A stretch of 51,759 bases of DNA. Source: Escherichia phage vB_EcoD_Fulano1. A program made the translations under genes and the position numbers. Where the stretch lies: sequence record OL539459.1, one strand, 5' to 3'. Below the pieces are notes generated by a model. The model had not been told where the DNA came from. It saw only the letters and a program-made list of their open reading frames with translations, and searched no databases. This document shows, one piece after another, positions 20,691 through 28,984 of this stretch. Position 1 is the first letter of the stretch, and every line of letters starts with the position of its first letter.

Positions 20691-20917
20691 TACAGACTGC
20701 AATCAGCGTTTTTAAAGTTATCAATACTTACCCACTGAAAATTAAACGGATAGCCAGCCTTAACAAGAGTGCGGTCGCCAACTCGTTTCACTCCGAAAAT
20801 AGCAACTGAATACTGCATTCCGCTATTTTCATAAATAGCCGTGCATTCACGTTTAGGCATATTTGCGCACCCAGTCAGGGTTACGGCTGCAATCAAAACG
20901 GCGATTAACTTTTTCAT
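20690..20917 (-). CDS. cor: lipoprotein, Cor-like superinfection exclusion candidate
   Basis: 75 aa, signal peptide MKKLIAVLIAAVTLTGC with lipobox, RBS AAGGAG; located after tail fibre genes as for cor in T1/phi80-type phages. Confidence 0.5.
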   Translation of the reverse strand: MKKLIAVLIAAVTLTGCANMPKRECTAIYENSGMQYSVAIFGVKRVGDRTLVKAGYPFNFQWVSIDNFKNADCSL

Positions 20918-20973
20918 GTTGGTGTCTCCTTAGTTGTTGTTGGTTGCAACTATACACGATCTTGCGGTGGGCG

Positions 20974-20991
20974 TTTAGCAAAAAGTGCTAT
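20974..20991 (-). promoter_or_regulatory. recurrent element upstream of Cor-like gene
   Basis: on minus strand ATAGCACTTTTTGCTAAA then ~21 nt then TATAGT then RBS then ATG 20917. Confidence 0.45.
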
Positions 20992-21160
20992 TCTTGTTCT
21001 TTTTGTTATCCGGCGTTCTCAAATCTGCGGAGTCTTAAATTTAGCTCAAAAAGTGAACAACAATAGAGCGCAATACATACAGATAAATATATACATACAT
21101 ATAAATCAATAAGTTAGCAGTATATATATTCATGTTTGTTCTTTATTGTTATCTATGTTT

Positions 21161-21224
21161 TGTGTGATTTTGTGTGTCTGGTGATTTTTCTGTGATTATG
21201 CATGTGTCAGTGGTTATGTGTGTC
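21161..21224. repeat. phased TGTG/GTGATT short direct repeats (~10 bp period)
   Basis: TGTGTGATTT TGTGTGTCTG GTGATTTTTC TGTGATTATG CATGTGTCAG TGGTTATGTG TGTC. Confidence 0.5.
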
Positions 21225-21360
21225 TATATATCTATATCCGGCGCAAATTGAGGAACAAGAGAACAAAAAGACAACAAAGATATTTATCAATCACTTACAT
21301 GTAAGTTTTGTTATCAAAGCTGGCTAGAACGTTGCTAGAACAGAAAAAACAAAATAACTA

Positions 21361-21388
21361 TTGACTAAACGCATCAAATAGCTACAAT
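21361..21388 (+). promoter_or_regulatory. sigma70-like promoter TTGACT-16-TACAAT for recombination operon
   Basis: TTGACT 21361-21366, TACAAT 21383-21388, about 30 nt before ATG 21418. Confidence 0.55.
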
Positions 21389-21417
21389 GCAGACATACCA
21401 ACCAATGAGGGCAAATC

Positions 21418-22479
21418 ATGAATAAGTTTATGGCGTACACCAGCGAAGAAATGAGCAATGAGCTTTATCACGATCCAGAAGCGTGGACGGCTGATTATGT
21501 TAGCGGTTCAAGCCTGGCAGAGATTTACAGCACATGCCCGGCAGCGTGGAAGTTCAAGCCGCGTGACGACAAGAGCAAGGCGCTAGTTTTTGGTACGCAG
21601 TCGCATACCAACTTTGAAAGCAAGGAGCTTTTCGAAAAAACCTATCGCCGTGCGCCAGCACCAGAAGACTTTAAGGATCTGATAACCAGCCAAACGGCGC
21701 TTGCTGCAAAGCTGAAATCATTTGGCCTGAAAGGTACAACCGGAAAGACTTATCCCGAACTTATAAAAATGATGGTTGACTGCGGAGAAGACCTTAACGT
21801 CATGTGGTTAATCGACATGATCGCAGAAAGTCAGGCCAGGGCCGATGGGGTTCAGTTAATAGAGTCTAAAGATTACGATTCGTGCGTGGCAATGCGCCAG
21901 GTTCTGGAATCAATACCGGAACATAACGCATGTATGAATAGCAAGACGGCACAACGTGAATTATCGTTGTTCGGTGAAATTAACGGCGTAAAAGTCAAAG
22001 TGCGATGCGATCACGTTGACGTAACAAAGAACGTCACAGCAACGCTGATTGATGGTTACGATGAAAAAGGTCATCCGATTTGCCGCGATATTATTTATCC
22101 AGAGGCCATTGTGATCACAGACTACAAAACTACAATGAGCGCGAATCCGGCTGAGTTTATGCGCCTGGCTTACAATCACGGCTATTATTTGAAAATGGCG
22201 TTGCAATGTGATTTATTCAGAAAAGCGTATCCAGAAGAAAAGCGACCTATAGTTGTGCGACTGTTAGCGCAAGAGAAGAAAGAGCCTTATTTGCCGTTGG
22301 CTTTCCGCATGAACAGCGAGCAATTGAAGATCGGGCGCATTCAGTACATGAGCGTAATTAACCAGTTTGCCATGTGCCAGCAACATGACGTTTGGCCTTC
22401 GTATTCAAACGGCGAGCCGGAGGTTTGCCTTGATACTCCTGACTGGGTGCGACGCCAGTTTAAGCAATATCTTATTTAA
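21418..22479 (+). CDS. recombination exonuclease (PD-(D/E)xK family)
   Basis: 353 aa; motif VITDYKT; first gene of exo-Erf-SSB operon behind TTGACT-16-TACAAT promoter. Confidence 0.55.
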   Translation: MNKFMAYTSEEMSNELYHDPEAWTADYVSGSSLAEIYSTCPAAWKFKPRDDKSKALVFGTQSHTNFESKELFEKTYRRAPAPEDFKDLITSQTALAAKLKSFGLKGTTGKTYPELIKMMVDCGEDLNVMWLIDMIAESQARADGVQLIESKDYDSCVAMRQVLESIPEHNACMNSKTAQRELSLFGEINGVKVKVRCDHVDVTKNVTATLIDGYDEKGHPICRDIIYPEAIVITDYKTTMSANPAEFMRLAYNHGYYLKMALQCDLFRKAYPEEKRPIVVRLLAQEKKEPYLPLAFRMNSEQLKIGRIQYMSVINQFAMCQQHDVWPSYSNGEPEVCLDTPDWVRRQFKQYLI

Positions 22480-22560
22480 ACAGCACAAATAGCTAAACAA
22501 ATGAAAAATGCGGTGTTATAATTCACCGCATAAGTTAACAACAAGCGTAAGGAAATAAAC

Positions 22561-22839
22561 ATGGAAAACAAACAAGTGTCAGAGGTGGCAGTTCATATCA
22601 ATAATTTTGCAACTGGCATGGCTATGTTGCTTCGTGACTTTGTAGCGCCGCTTGATCCAACGGCAGGCGCAGAAGAAATGGAGTACATCAGAAAAGTAAT
22701 GGATGCAGTCGATAACGTCGTACTTGTTGCAACAATGAGCGAAGACAACGAGGAAGCAATCAAGGCGGTAAAAGAAAGTTCTGATCGCATGATGGAAAAT
22801 CTGATTAAATTACACACCAAAGAAGAAACAAAACATTAA
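22561..22839 (+). CDS. hypothetical acidic protein
   Basis: 92 aa, Asp/Glu-rich, between exonuclease and erf. Confidence 0.4.
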   Translation: MENKQVSEVAVHINNFATGMAMLLRDFVAPLDPTAGAEEMEYIRKVMDAVDNVVLVATMSEDNEEAIKAVKESSDRMMENLIKLHTKEETKH

Positions 22840-22848
22840 CAGCAATAA

Positions 22849-22864
22849 GGCGGCGAAAGCCGCC
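22849..22864 (+). other. GC hairpin with GAAA tetraloop (no T-run)
   Basis: GGCGGC-GAAA-GCCGCC between 22561..22839 and erf. Confidence 0.4.
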
Positions 22865-22884
22865 ATTAATTACGGGAATTAATC

Positions 22885-23541
22885 ATGAAACTATCAGAGC
22901 AATTCGACAAGGTTTTACCAGCACTGCATAAGGCGCGTAGTTTGTTTGTAAAAGTGAAGAAGGATAAGCAAAACACGCACCTTAAAAACCGTTACGCGAC
23001 ACTTGATGCCGTACTTGATGCAATCACTCCAGCATTGAATGATAACGAGCTAATGTTGATGCAGGACATGATTGAAAGCGAACAACCTAACAGAATCAAG
23101 GTTGAGACAACAGTTCTTCATGTTTCCGGTCAGTGGGTGAAATTCTACGCAGAGCTACCAATAGTTAAAAACGATCCTCAAGGTGTAGGATCTGCATTCA
23201 CATACGCGCGTCGTTATGCAGCAGCCGCAGCATTTGGCTTAAGCCAGGCAGACGATGACGCACAGATTGCCGTTAAATCTGCAAACGACTGGAAACGTGA
23301 CATTGAGAAATGCGAAAGCGTAAACGAATTACAAGAAGTGCTTAAATCAGCATGGAAGGCAAGCGATCCGGCAAGCAAACAGGTAATTAAAGAGCATTAC
23401 GAAAAACGCAAGGCAGAGCTTGAGATAGGCAAAGCACGAGGATTTAATCCAGCGCAACCAAAGAAAAATCTTGCCTCGCCAGAAGTTGACACAAAAAACG
23501 ACGAGCAAGTAAAATCACAAAGTATCACTGATTTTGAATAA
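22885..23541 (+). CDS. erf: Erf-family single-strand annealing protein
   Basis: motif [24 protein letters not shown] matches the conserved core of P22 Erf-family proteins. Confidence 0.65.
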   Translation: MKLSEQFDKVLPALHKARSLFVKVKKDKQNTHLKNRYATLDAVLDAITPALNDNELMLMQDMIESEQPNRIKVETTVLHVSGQWVKFYAELPIVKNDPQGVGSAFTYARRYAAAAAFGLSQADDDAQIAVKSANDWKRDIEKCESVNELQEVLKSAWKASDPASKQVIKEHYEKRKAELEIGKARGFNPAQPKKNLASPEVDTKNDEQVKSQSITDFE

Positions 23542-23585
23542 TTGACATGGGGCGCTTGCGCCCATTTCTTACAGGAGTATAAAAC

Positions 23586-24047
23586 ATGCATATTATTACT
23601 GGTGAGATCCGAAAAGAGCCGCGAGTAAAGCAAATGCCTAACGGCAGCACACTTTATGTGGTTGAACTTTCAGAGCGATACAAAGATAAAGATGGAAACT
23701 GGCAATATACAAACTACAGTTTCTTTTTTAATGCAAAAACTGACGGACTTAATGGTTTGTATGCTGAGGCGTTCCAGGTTGGCAAGGTTATTTCTGTTTC
23801 TTGTGACACCCTGCGCATTGAAACGCGAGAATACAACGGAAATCTGTATTCAAGTTTAATGCCAGGAGGATTTGCAAATCTTATCTTCAGTCAGCGCGGG
23901 GAAAGCCAGCAACAATATCAGCAGCGAACGCAAGGAGGATGGGGACAACCACAACAACAGAATCAACCGCAACAACCGCAACAACCGCAACAGCCAAGAC
24001 AAAGCAATCAGCCTCCTATGGACTTTGACGACGACATCCCCTTCTGA
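23586..24047 (+). CDS. ssb: single-stranded DNA-binding protein
   Basis: OB-fold-sized N-terminal domain, Gln/Pro-rich linker and C-terminal DFDDDIPF identical to the canonical SSB acidic tail. Confidence 0.9.
   Translation: MHIITGEIRKEPRVKQMPNGSTLYVVELSERYKDKDGNWQYTNYSFFFNAKTDGLNGLYAEAFQVGKVISVSCDTLRIETREYNGNLYSSLMPGGFANLIFSQRGESQQQYQQRTQGGWGQPQQQNQPQQPQQPQQPRQSNQPPMDFDDDIPF
23964..23990 (+). repeat. perfect 9-bp tandem repeat (CAACCGCAA)x3 inside ssb linker
   Basis: three exact copies encode QPQQPQQPQ. Confidence 0.8.
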
Positions 24048-24052
24048 TCAAC

Positions 24053-24076
24053 AAAGGGGCATTACGCCCCTTTTTC
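24053..24076. terminator. bidirectional intrinsic terminator
   Basis: stem GGGGC/GCCCC then T5; between ssb and convergent leftward gene. Confidence 0.7.
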
Positions 24077-24319
24077 ACTTTCAGCCATTCCAAGAACAGC
24101 AATCACCTTAACAGCAATTCTCTTTGCGAGTTCAGTTTGATGAGCGTTAAGTTTTCCAGTGGTCATTATTGACAGCATTCCGCTCATACTTCCAAGCCCG
24201 TTAAAATCTGACATTGCCGATTTCATAATTGATATTGGTGAGTGACCCTCACCAGCTATTGTGTGCGCTCTCTCTGAAAGGTCTTTAACTACCTGATCAA
24301 TTCCTTCACTTTTCGTCAT
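24062..24319 (-). CDS. hypothetical protein
   Basis: 85 aa ORF, last gene of leftward block. Confidence 0.35.
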   Translation of the reverse strand: MTKSEGIDQVVKDLSERAHTIAGEGHSPISIMKSAMSDFNGLGSMSGMLSIMTTGKLNAHQTELAKRIAVKVIAVLGMAESEKGA

Positions 24320-24797
24320 TTGCTTTTCCTTCAGGAGTTGATTGCTGTCCTGGCATTACAGGCCACGGGCTAATTGATTCCCTTTCTGCTACTGGCTTTT
24401 CAGGTTCAATTCCTAAAAACTTTCCTACAAAATCACCAACAAAATTTGAGCTATCGCTTACATAAACATGCATCCTGTCTAGATCTGCAACAGTAACGCT
24501 ATTTGGTGCGATCATGATCCTCTGTTGGTGAAAACCGATATACATCACATTAGCCGGACGCTCAAGAGTTCCCATATTTGGCGCAATTACGCCCATTATC
24601 CAACAATAATGAATGTTGCCATCAAGCGGCTCACATCCAGCGTTAAGCCAGTTTACTTTCTGGTGTGGGAATGCCATTGATGAATCAGTAGCATCACGCC
24701 GCAACGACCATTTAACGCCTCCAATCTCAATGATTTGTTTTGGCCTCATTCCGTTGAATTGAGTCACGCCAGCGCCATTTTGATTAATGTTTTGCAT
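24306..24797 (-). CDS. hypothetical protein
   Basis: 163 aa ORF, no motif recognised. Confidence 0.4.
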   Translation of the reverse strand: MQNINQNGAGVTQFNGMRPKQIIEIGGVKWSLRRDATDSSMAFPHQKVNWLNAGCEPLDGNIHYCWIMGVIAPNMGTLERPANVMYIGFHQQRIMIAPNSVTVADLDRMHVYVSDSSNFVGDFVGKFLGIEPEKPVAERESISPWPVMPGQQSTPEGKANDEK

Positions 24798-24811
24798 ATC
24801 GGTTCACCTTG

Positions 24812-25135
24812 TTACATTGATTTCATTTTACGCAATGCGCAGATACAAGCGGCAGCAAGATCGGTTAATTCTTTCTCAATGCCATGATGCGAGCCGTCTG
24901 CCTTTTCGGTCATTAGCTCTTTGTACTCCATTTCTACAATCGACATTAAGCCGCCAGACTTGTCAATGTGCGCGTCCCAGGTCTTAGGATAGTGCTTAGT
25001 TCTTTCAATAACACTTCCCATAACTGCATCATGTTCATGATCTCGATCATAATCTTTATCATGGCCATTTCCTCCAATTACTACTCGCGGCAAATGCACG
25101 CGCGGTAAATGATAGCCAGCGACAAGAATTTTCAT
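24812..25135 (-). CDS. hypothetical His-rich protein
   Basis: 107 aa, HLPRVHLPRV repeat and HDKDYDRDHEHD cluster; RBS AAGGGGA; terminator immediately upstream. Confidence 0.4.
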   Translation of the reverse strand: MKILVAGYHLPRVHLPRVVIGGNGHDKDYDRDHEHDAVMGSVIERTKHYPKTWDAHIDKSGGLMSIVEMEYKELMTEKADGSHHGIEKELTDLAAACICALRKMKSM

Positions 25136-25150
25136 GAGTATATCCCCTTA

Positions 25151-25176
25151 TAAAAAAGCGCCCCGAAAGGCGCTTG
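25151..25176 (-). terminator. intrinsic terminator (minus strand)
   Basis: minus strand AGCGCCTTTCGGGGCGCT then T6; between glycine-rich ORF and next gene. Confidence 0.6.
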
Positions 25177-25181
25177 GTTTA

Positions 25182-25559
25182 TTAGCAGCCGCAACAGCCA
25201 GTAGGCGGAGTCTGCGGAGTAGGCAACTTGAAGTTTACCAATTGCTCTACCTGGTTGATTTTGCAATTCAGTGCGGCTGTCTGGTTTGCCTGAGATAGAG
25301 CAAATCGCGCCTCCTGCAACTGAGCTTTCATATCGCAAATCAAAACAGCCTGAGAATCAGCAAACTGTTGGCGCATCAGATCTCGCGTTGCATTGCCTTG
25401 TCGCTCAATATTCAGGTTTGTCTCACAGCAACATCTCTCCGATGCAATTTGTGCCTGATAGGAACGCTCAAGAGCATTAACATCAGCAGCATTAATCGCA
25501 GCAACTGTCTGGTTAGTACCGCTAACAATCGCGGTATTCAGTCCGGCGAAACCTTGCAC
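25182..25559 (-). CDS. glycine-rich / Cys-cluster protein; true start unresolved (frame open to 25889)
   Basis: ORF track gives GTG 25559; same frame stays open and codon-periodic upstream to stop at 25890-25892, with RBS AAGAGGA (25869-25875) but no in-frame ATG/GTG/TTG. Confidence 0.4.
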   Translation of the reverse strand: MQGFAGLNTAIVSGTNQTVAAINAADVNALERSYQAQIASERCCCETNLNIERQGNATRDLMRQQFADSQAVLICDMKAQLQEARFALSQANQTAALNCKINQVEQLVNFKLPTPQTPPTGCCGC

Positions 25560-25992
25560 CGATGCAAGCAGGTTTTGCGTATTCTGGCTGGTAATGCCGT
25601 TAAAGGTTGATGCGGCGGAGCGCTCAACGGTAAGGTTTGTGGAGTTTTGGCCTTGCAGAGTTTGCAGCCCCAGGTTGTTTACGCCTGTCTGGATGTTATT
25701 AATACCATCAAGAACAGCGTTAGCACCGACAGCAACAGCAGCACCATCACCACCATAACCACCACGACCATTAAAGCCGTTACCAAACCATGACCCAATC
25801 AGGCCGCCAACAGCACCGCCAAGACCAGCCGCGCCAGCTTCGCCACCAAAACCACCACCAAGTAAATTCCTCTTTGACGTTAAAAAAAATTAAAAAAGTT
25901 TGCAACATTTATGTTACGACAAAGAGTATGCGCCAAATTACCAGGAATAGATATGAAACATTTGTAAGCGATATGTCAGCAAATGGCATAAA

Positions 25993-26024
25993 GACGAAAA
26001 AAGGCGCAGCCGTAGCCGCGCCTT
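25993..26024 (-). terminator. intrinsic terminator after side tail fibre gene
   Basis: minus strand stem AAGGCGC/GCGCCTT then T6. Confidence 0.6.
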
Positions 26025-26038
26025 GTGATTATTTTTTG

Positions 26039-27898
26039 TTAACTCTCAAGAGTTGTAGGCTTGTTGATCAATGCAGAAACAGCCGCTTTCAGTTCTTCAA
26101 CCTCCTTTTCAAGTTTTGATATTCTTTCTTTGTTTTCAACGTCACGCGCACGTAGAGCCTTTATTGCAGCTAGACCATCCATCAGCAGCGGATTAATGTC
26201 AAGAGTCATAATTCCAGATACAGAATCGCTATGAACATACTCCCTATCTATCATCATGGCATCTTGAGCTATTATTCCGCGTCTTGCGCTCCTTTCGTTG
26301 CTATCAAATGTATACCTAAATAATTTGAAGTTCATCCTTGATATATTATCAAGCGCGCATTCAACATTAAGATTTCCTTTAACATCTTTGAATCTAATAT
26401 CAGACGTTCCAGACTTCTGTAATGTGTTCCACGGCGTAGTTGTTTTTGCTACCTTCGGATCTCCTGTATTGTTATATCTAGTGTATGCATTCCCTGCCGT
26501 ATCAATCCAGAATTGAAATATCCTGTATTTATCATAGGATGATTGAAAACCGCCTCCATTTGTAGCAGCCCACGTAGTAAGACCTTCATTATCACTTATA
26601 AACTGACATCCGGAGTTTGTTATATCATTAGCAAGGTTTTTTACTTGACCAACTCCATATTTTGATGCTACAGGATGCCAAACCCAACCACTCCACCTCC
26701 ACGAATCAGAAACCTTGTCATAACTCCTTGAATAGTAAGATGGATCGTCAATAGGGTAATAATATTGATTTGCCTGTTCCGATCCGTTTGCTGTGGAGCT
26801 TGTAACCAGAAGAACACCGGCTTTTTGTACTGGATAGTTATTTTGAGGAGTTGCGTTAGCATTTGCACCCTGATAGTAATAACCAAAATTACTATAACCA
26901 TATAAGTCATTTAGGTTTCCGCTTAATACACCTCTTTGCTGCCTCATTAAATTTAGGTTGTCTCTTACCGACTCGACTGATTTTGATCCTGTTCCTCCTT
27001 TGCTTATCGGCAAAGCTATATCACTCTGTGATGTAGAATCCCACACACCCCAATTGCCATCATTTTTTACAAAAATTCGTTTTGTTCCATCAGCACTTGA
27101 AACAGCAGTCTCTCCAGATGCACCAGTGCCCTGCACCAACCTGTCTACGCTTAGGTTTTTTCTTGCTTCACCTTTATCTGCAACATCGCTAAGGTTGTTG
27201 TTTTTGTTAAGCATATTTTCCGGATTTATGCTATCTGCATATTCTTTCGCCTTATCTTCAGAAGCCTTAGCGGCATTTTTTGATGTCAGGGCGTCAGAAG
27301 CAGATCTGGCAGCTTCGCTTTTGCTTGTATTAGCCGCGATTTCAGAGTTTTTTGCATTAGTCTCTGACGCCTTTGCTGCGATCTTGCTCGCGTTGGCTGC
27401 GTTTTCTGACTCTTTGGCTTTAGTCTCTGACGCTTTTGCTTCGTTCTTTGAATTAAGCGCATCAGAGGCAGATCTTGCTGCGGCATCCTTACTTTGATTC
27501 GCAGACGCTGCGTTTTCTTCCACCTGTTTAGCCAAATCCTGATAATGCTTCCAATCAAACGTCTTAAAAAATTCCAGCGCTTCCCCGATCTCTGATTCTT
27601 TACTCTGATAGTAGCGCAATGTTTCAGCTACATCTTGAGCAAGCCCATCAACAGTTATTGAGTCATGAAGCAAGATTGCGTAATTTGAGCGAGTAACTAC
27701 CGCACCTCCAGTTGTAATTGCACGAATGCTTGTATCGTTGATAACTTCAGTTATTACAGCGATTTGTAACGGCTGAGTTAAGAATACAATGGTCGCACCA
27801 GGGCGAATGAGTGTTAGTTGCTCTCGCCATTTTGTGTCGTATCCAGTGATATAACCTTGTGCGTCCATTGACGCTTGTCCGGTTCTGTAAATTGCCAT
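26039..27898 (-). CDS. side tail fibre protein with C-terminal intramolecular chaperone-like domain
   Basis: trimmed to ATG 27898 behind GGGAGA; Ala/Ser/Lys repeat shaft, Trp/Tyr-rich distal domain, C-terminal coiled coil. Confidence 0.6.
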   Translation of the reverse strand: MAIYRTGQASMDAQGYITGYDTKWREQLTLIRPGATIVFLTQPLQIAVITEVINDTSIRAITTGGAVVTRSNYAILLHDSITVDGLAQDVAETLRYYQSKESEIGEALEFFKTFDWKHYQDLAKQVEENAASANQSKDAAARSASDALNSKNEAKASETKAKESENAANASKIAAKASETNAKNSEIAANTSKSEAARSASDALTSKNAAKASEDKAKEYADSINPENMLNKNNNLSDVADKGEARKNLSVDRLVQGTGASGETAVSSADGTKRIFVKNDGNWGVWDSTSQSDIALPISKGGTGSKSVESVRDNLNLMRQQRGVLSGNLNDLYGYSNFGYYYQGANANATPQNNYPVQKAGVLLVTSSTANGSEQANQYYYPIDDPSYYSRSYDKVSDSWRWSGWVWHPVASKYGVGQVKNLANDITNSGCQFISDNEGLTTWAATNGGGFQSSYDKYRIFQFWIDTAGNAYTRYNNTGDPKVAKTTTPWNTLQKSGTSDIRFKDVKGNLNVECALDNISRMNFKLFRYTFDSNERSARRGIIAQDAMMIDREYVHSDSVSGIMTLDINPLLMDGLAAIKALRARDVENKERISKLEKEVEELKAAVSALINKPTTLES

Positions 27899-27951
27899 GC
27901 GTTTTCTCCCATGTTGCATGTTAATGTCAATGCAGATAATAGCATTTGCTA

Positions 27952-27980
27952 AGGCCAAAAAAAACCCCGCAATGCGGGGT
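27952..27980 (-). terminator. intrinsic terminator (minus strand)
   Basis: minus strand CCCCGC-ATT-GCGGGG then T9. Confidence 0.75.
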
Positions 27981-27996
27981 AAAGTAGCAGTGACAT

Positions 27997-28929
27997 TTAG
28001 AGAAGTGATTCAGGCTTGTAAACCTTTCTCTCCATCCCTTGCCTGTAATTATCATTAATCGGCATCATAATTTCAAGTCCTCTTTCCTCTGCGGCAATGA
28101 TCGAGTCACGGTCTGTACTCTTACAGACAACTCTCATTCTTCTGTTTCCCTTATACCTGTAAGCCACAATCTCAATGTTAGTTGCATCAAAGCAGGCCCA
28201 AACCTCTTGACCAGTTGCAAGGTGAATATGTTGCGCATCAATCCAGTCAACGCAAAGATAGATCGTCTTATCGGTGCTTCCTGTTCTCACAACCGACCCG
28301 CGCGTGTAGTCCTTTGCGAGAAAAGACTGTTTACCATCTTCATCAATGAAAAGCACATTGCACATTTCATCATCAATATCATCGGAATGCACCAGGTAAC
28401 ATGGTAACGCGTGAATGTATCGACCATCTTTAACGCCGCATTCATAATAACCATTTTCAGGAGGATATATCCCTTCATAGGTGCTTAACGGCGTGCGATC
28501 AAATTTTAGTGTTTTTGACATAACGCGCTCGCAGCATTCATGGCTTGCCTGCTTCCCAAACGAATAACCAGAATCACGAGATACTCTCTTATTTGCCTTG
28601 ATCCTATAGTCCTGCGGAACTTTTCCAAGAAAGCGGCCCAAAATATTGATCACTTCGCTGTAAGGTTCTCCGGTTAGCTTCATGATCCAACCAATTCCAG
28701 TATCGTTTCCGCACACATTGCAGATAGCGCCGCCGTCGCCTTTTTTATCTCCAAGTTTATCAGTCCATCTAAAGCGATCCTTTCCGCCGCAGTGGGGGCA
28801 AGATTGATGCTTGCCGTTAAAAACTTCATTTGGAAGACCACAAATACTTTGTAGCGCCTCACGCCATAATCCCTGCATATATGGGAGAACATCTTCCTTT
28901 TGATAAACCATAAAGTTTTCGTTATTCAT
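27997..28929 (-). CDS. putative DNA primase (zinc-ribbon containing)
   Basis: trimmed to ATG 28929 behind GAGGTG; Cys cluster CPHCGGKDRFRW...CNVCG; acidic stretch HSDDIDDE. Confidence 0.45.
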   Translation of the reverse strand: MNNENFMVYQKEDVLPYMQGLWREALQSICGLPNEVFNGKHQSCPHCGGKDRFRWTDKLGDKKGDGGAICNVCGNDTGIGWIMKLTGEPYSEVINILGRFLGKVPQDYRIKANKRVSRDSGYSFGKQASHECCERVMSKTLKFDRTPLSTYEGIYPPENGYYECGVKDGRYIHALPCYLVHSDDIDDEMCNVLFIDEDGKQSFLAKDYTRGSVVRTGSTDKTIYLCVDWIDAQHIHLATGQEVWACFDATNIEIVAYRYKGNRRMRVVCKSTDRDSIIAAEERGLEIMMPINDNYRQGMERKVYKPESLL

Positions 28930-28984
28930 ATACACCTCAAACAAAAAAGCCTGACAGATGATAACATCATGCCAGGCATTGTTT

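Noticed and set aside
21121-21240. Possible CRISPR-like array (short GTG-rich repeats)
   Set aside because: Repeat units are only 6-10 bp, imperfect, and have no spacer-sized intervening sequences; better explained as phased binding sites.
20918-21417. tRNA or other structured ncRNA in the long intergenic regions (also 43213-43610)
   Set aside because: By eye these regions are AT-rich repeats and promoter-like blocks without cloverleaf-compatible GC stems; cannot be excluded without tRNAscan/Infernal.
25859-25861. TTG start 7 nt after RBS AAGAGGA in the +1 frame of the glycine-rich ORF
   Set aside because: That frame ends after 20 hydrophobic codons (LVVVLVAKLARLVLAVLLAA) and does not match the codon periodicity of the region; noted only as a possible remnant of the original start.
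25790-26119. 109-aa plus-strand ORF
   Set aside because: Antisense to the glycine-rich region, runs through the tail-fibre terminator and into the fibre gene 3' end.
26958-27497. 179-aa plus-strand ORF (Ser/Ala/Leu-rich)
   Set aside because: Lies entirely antisense within the repeat-rich shaft of the side tail fibre gene; low-complexity mirror translation with no RBS.
27938-27952. Partial copy of the recurrent element (ATAGCATTTGCTAA), and ATAGCAC at 16066-16074
   Set aside because: Truncated, missing the TTGTTAAAA half and the downstream hexamer spacing; likely degenerate or chance matches.
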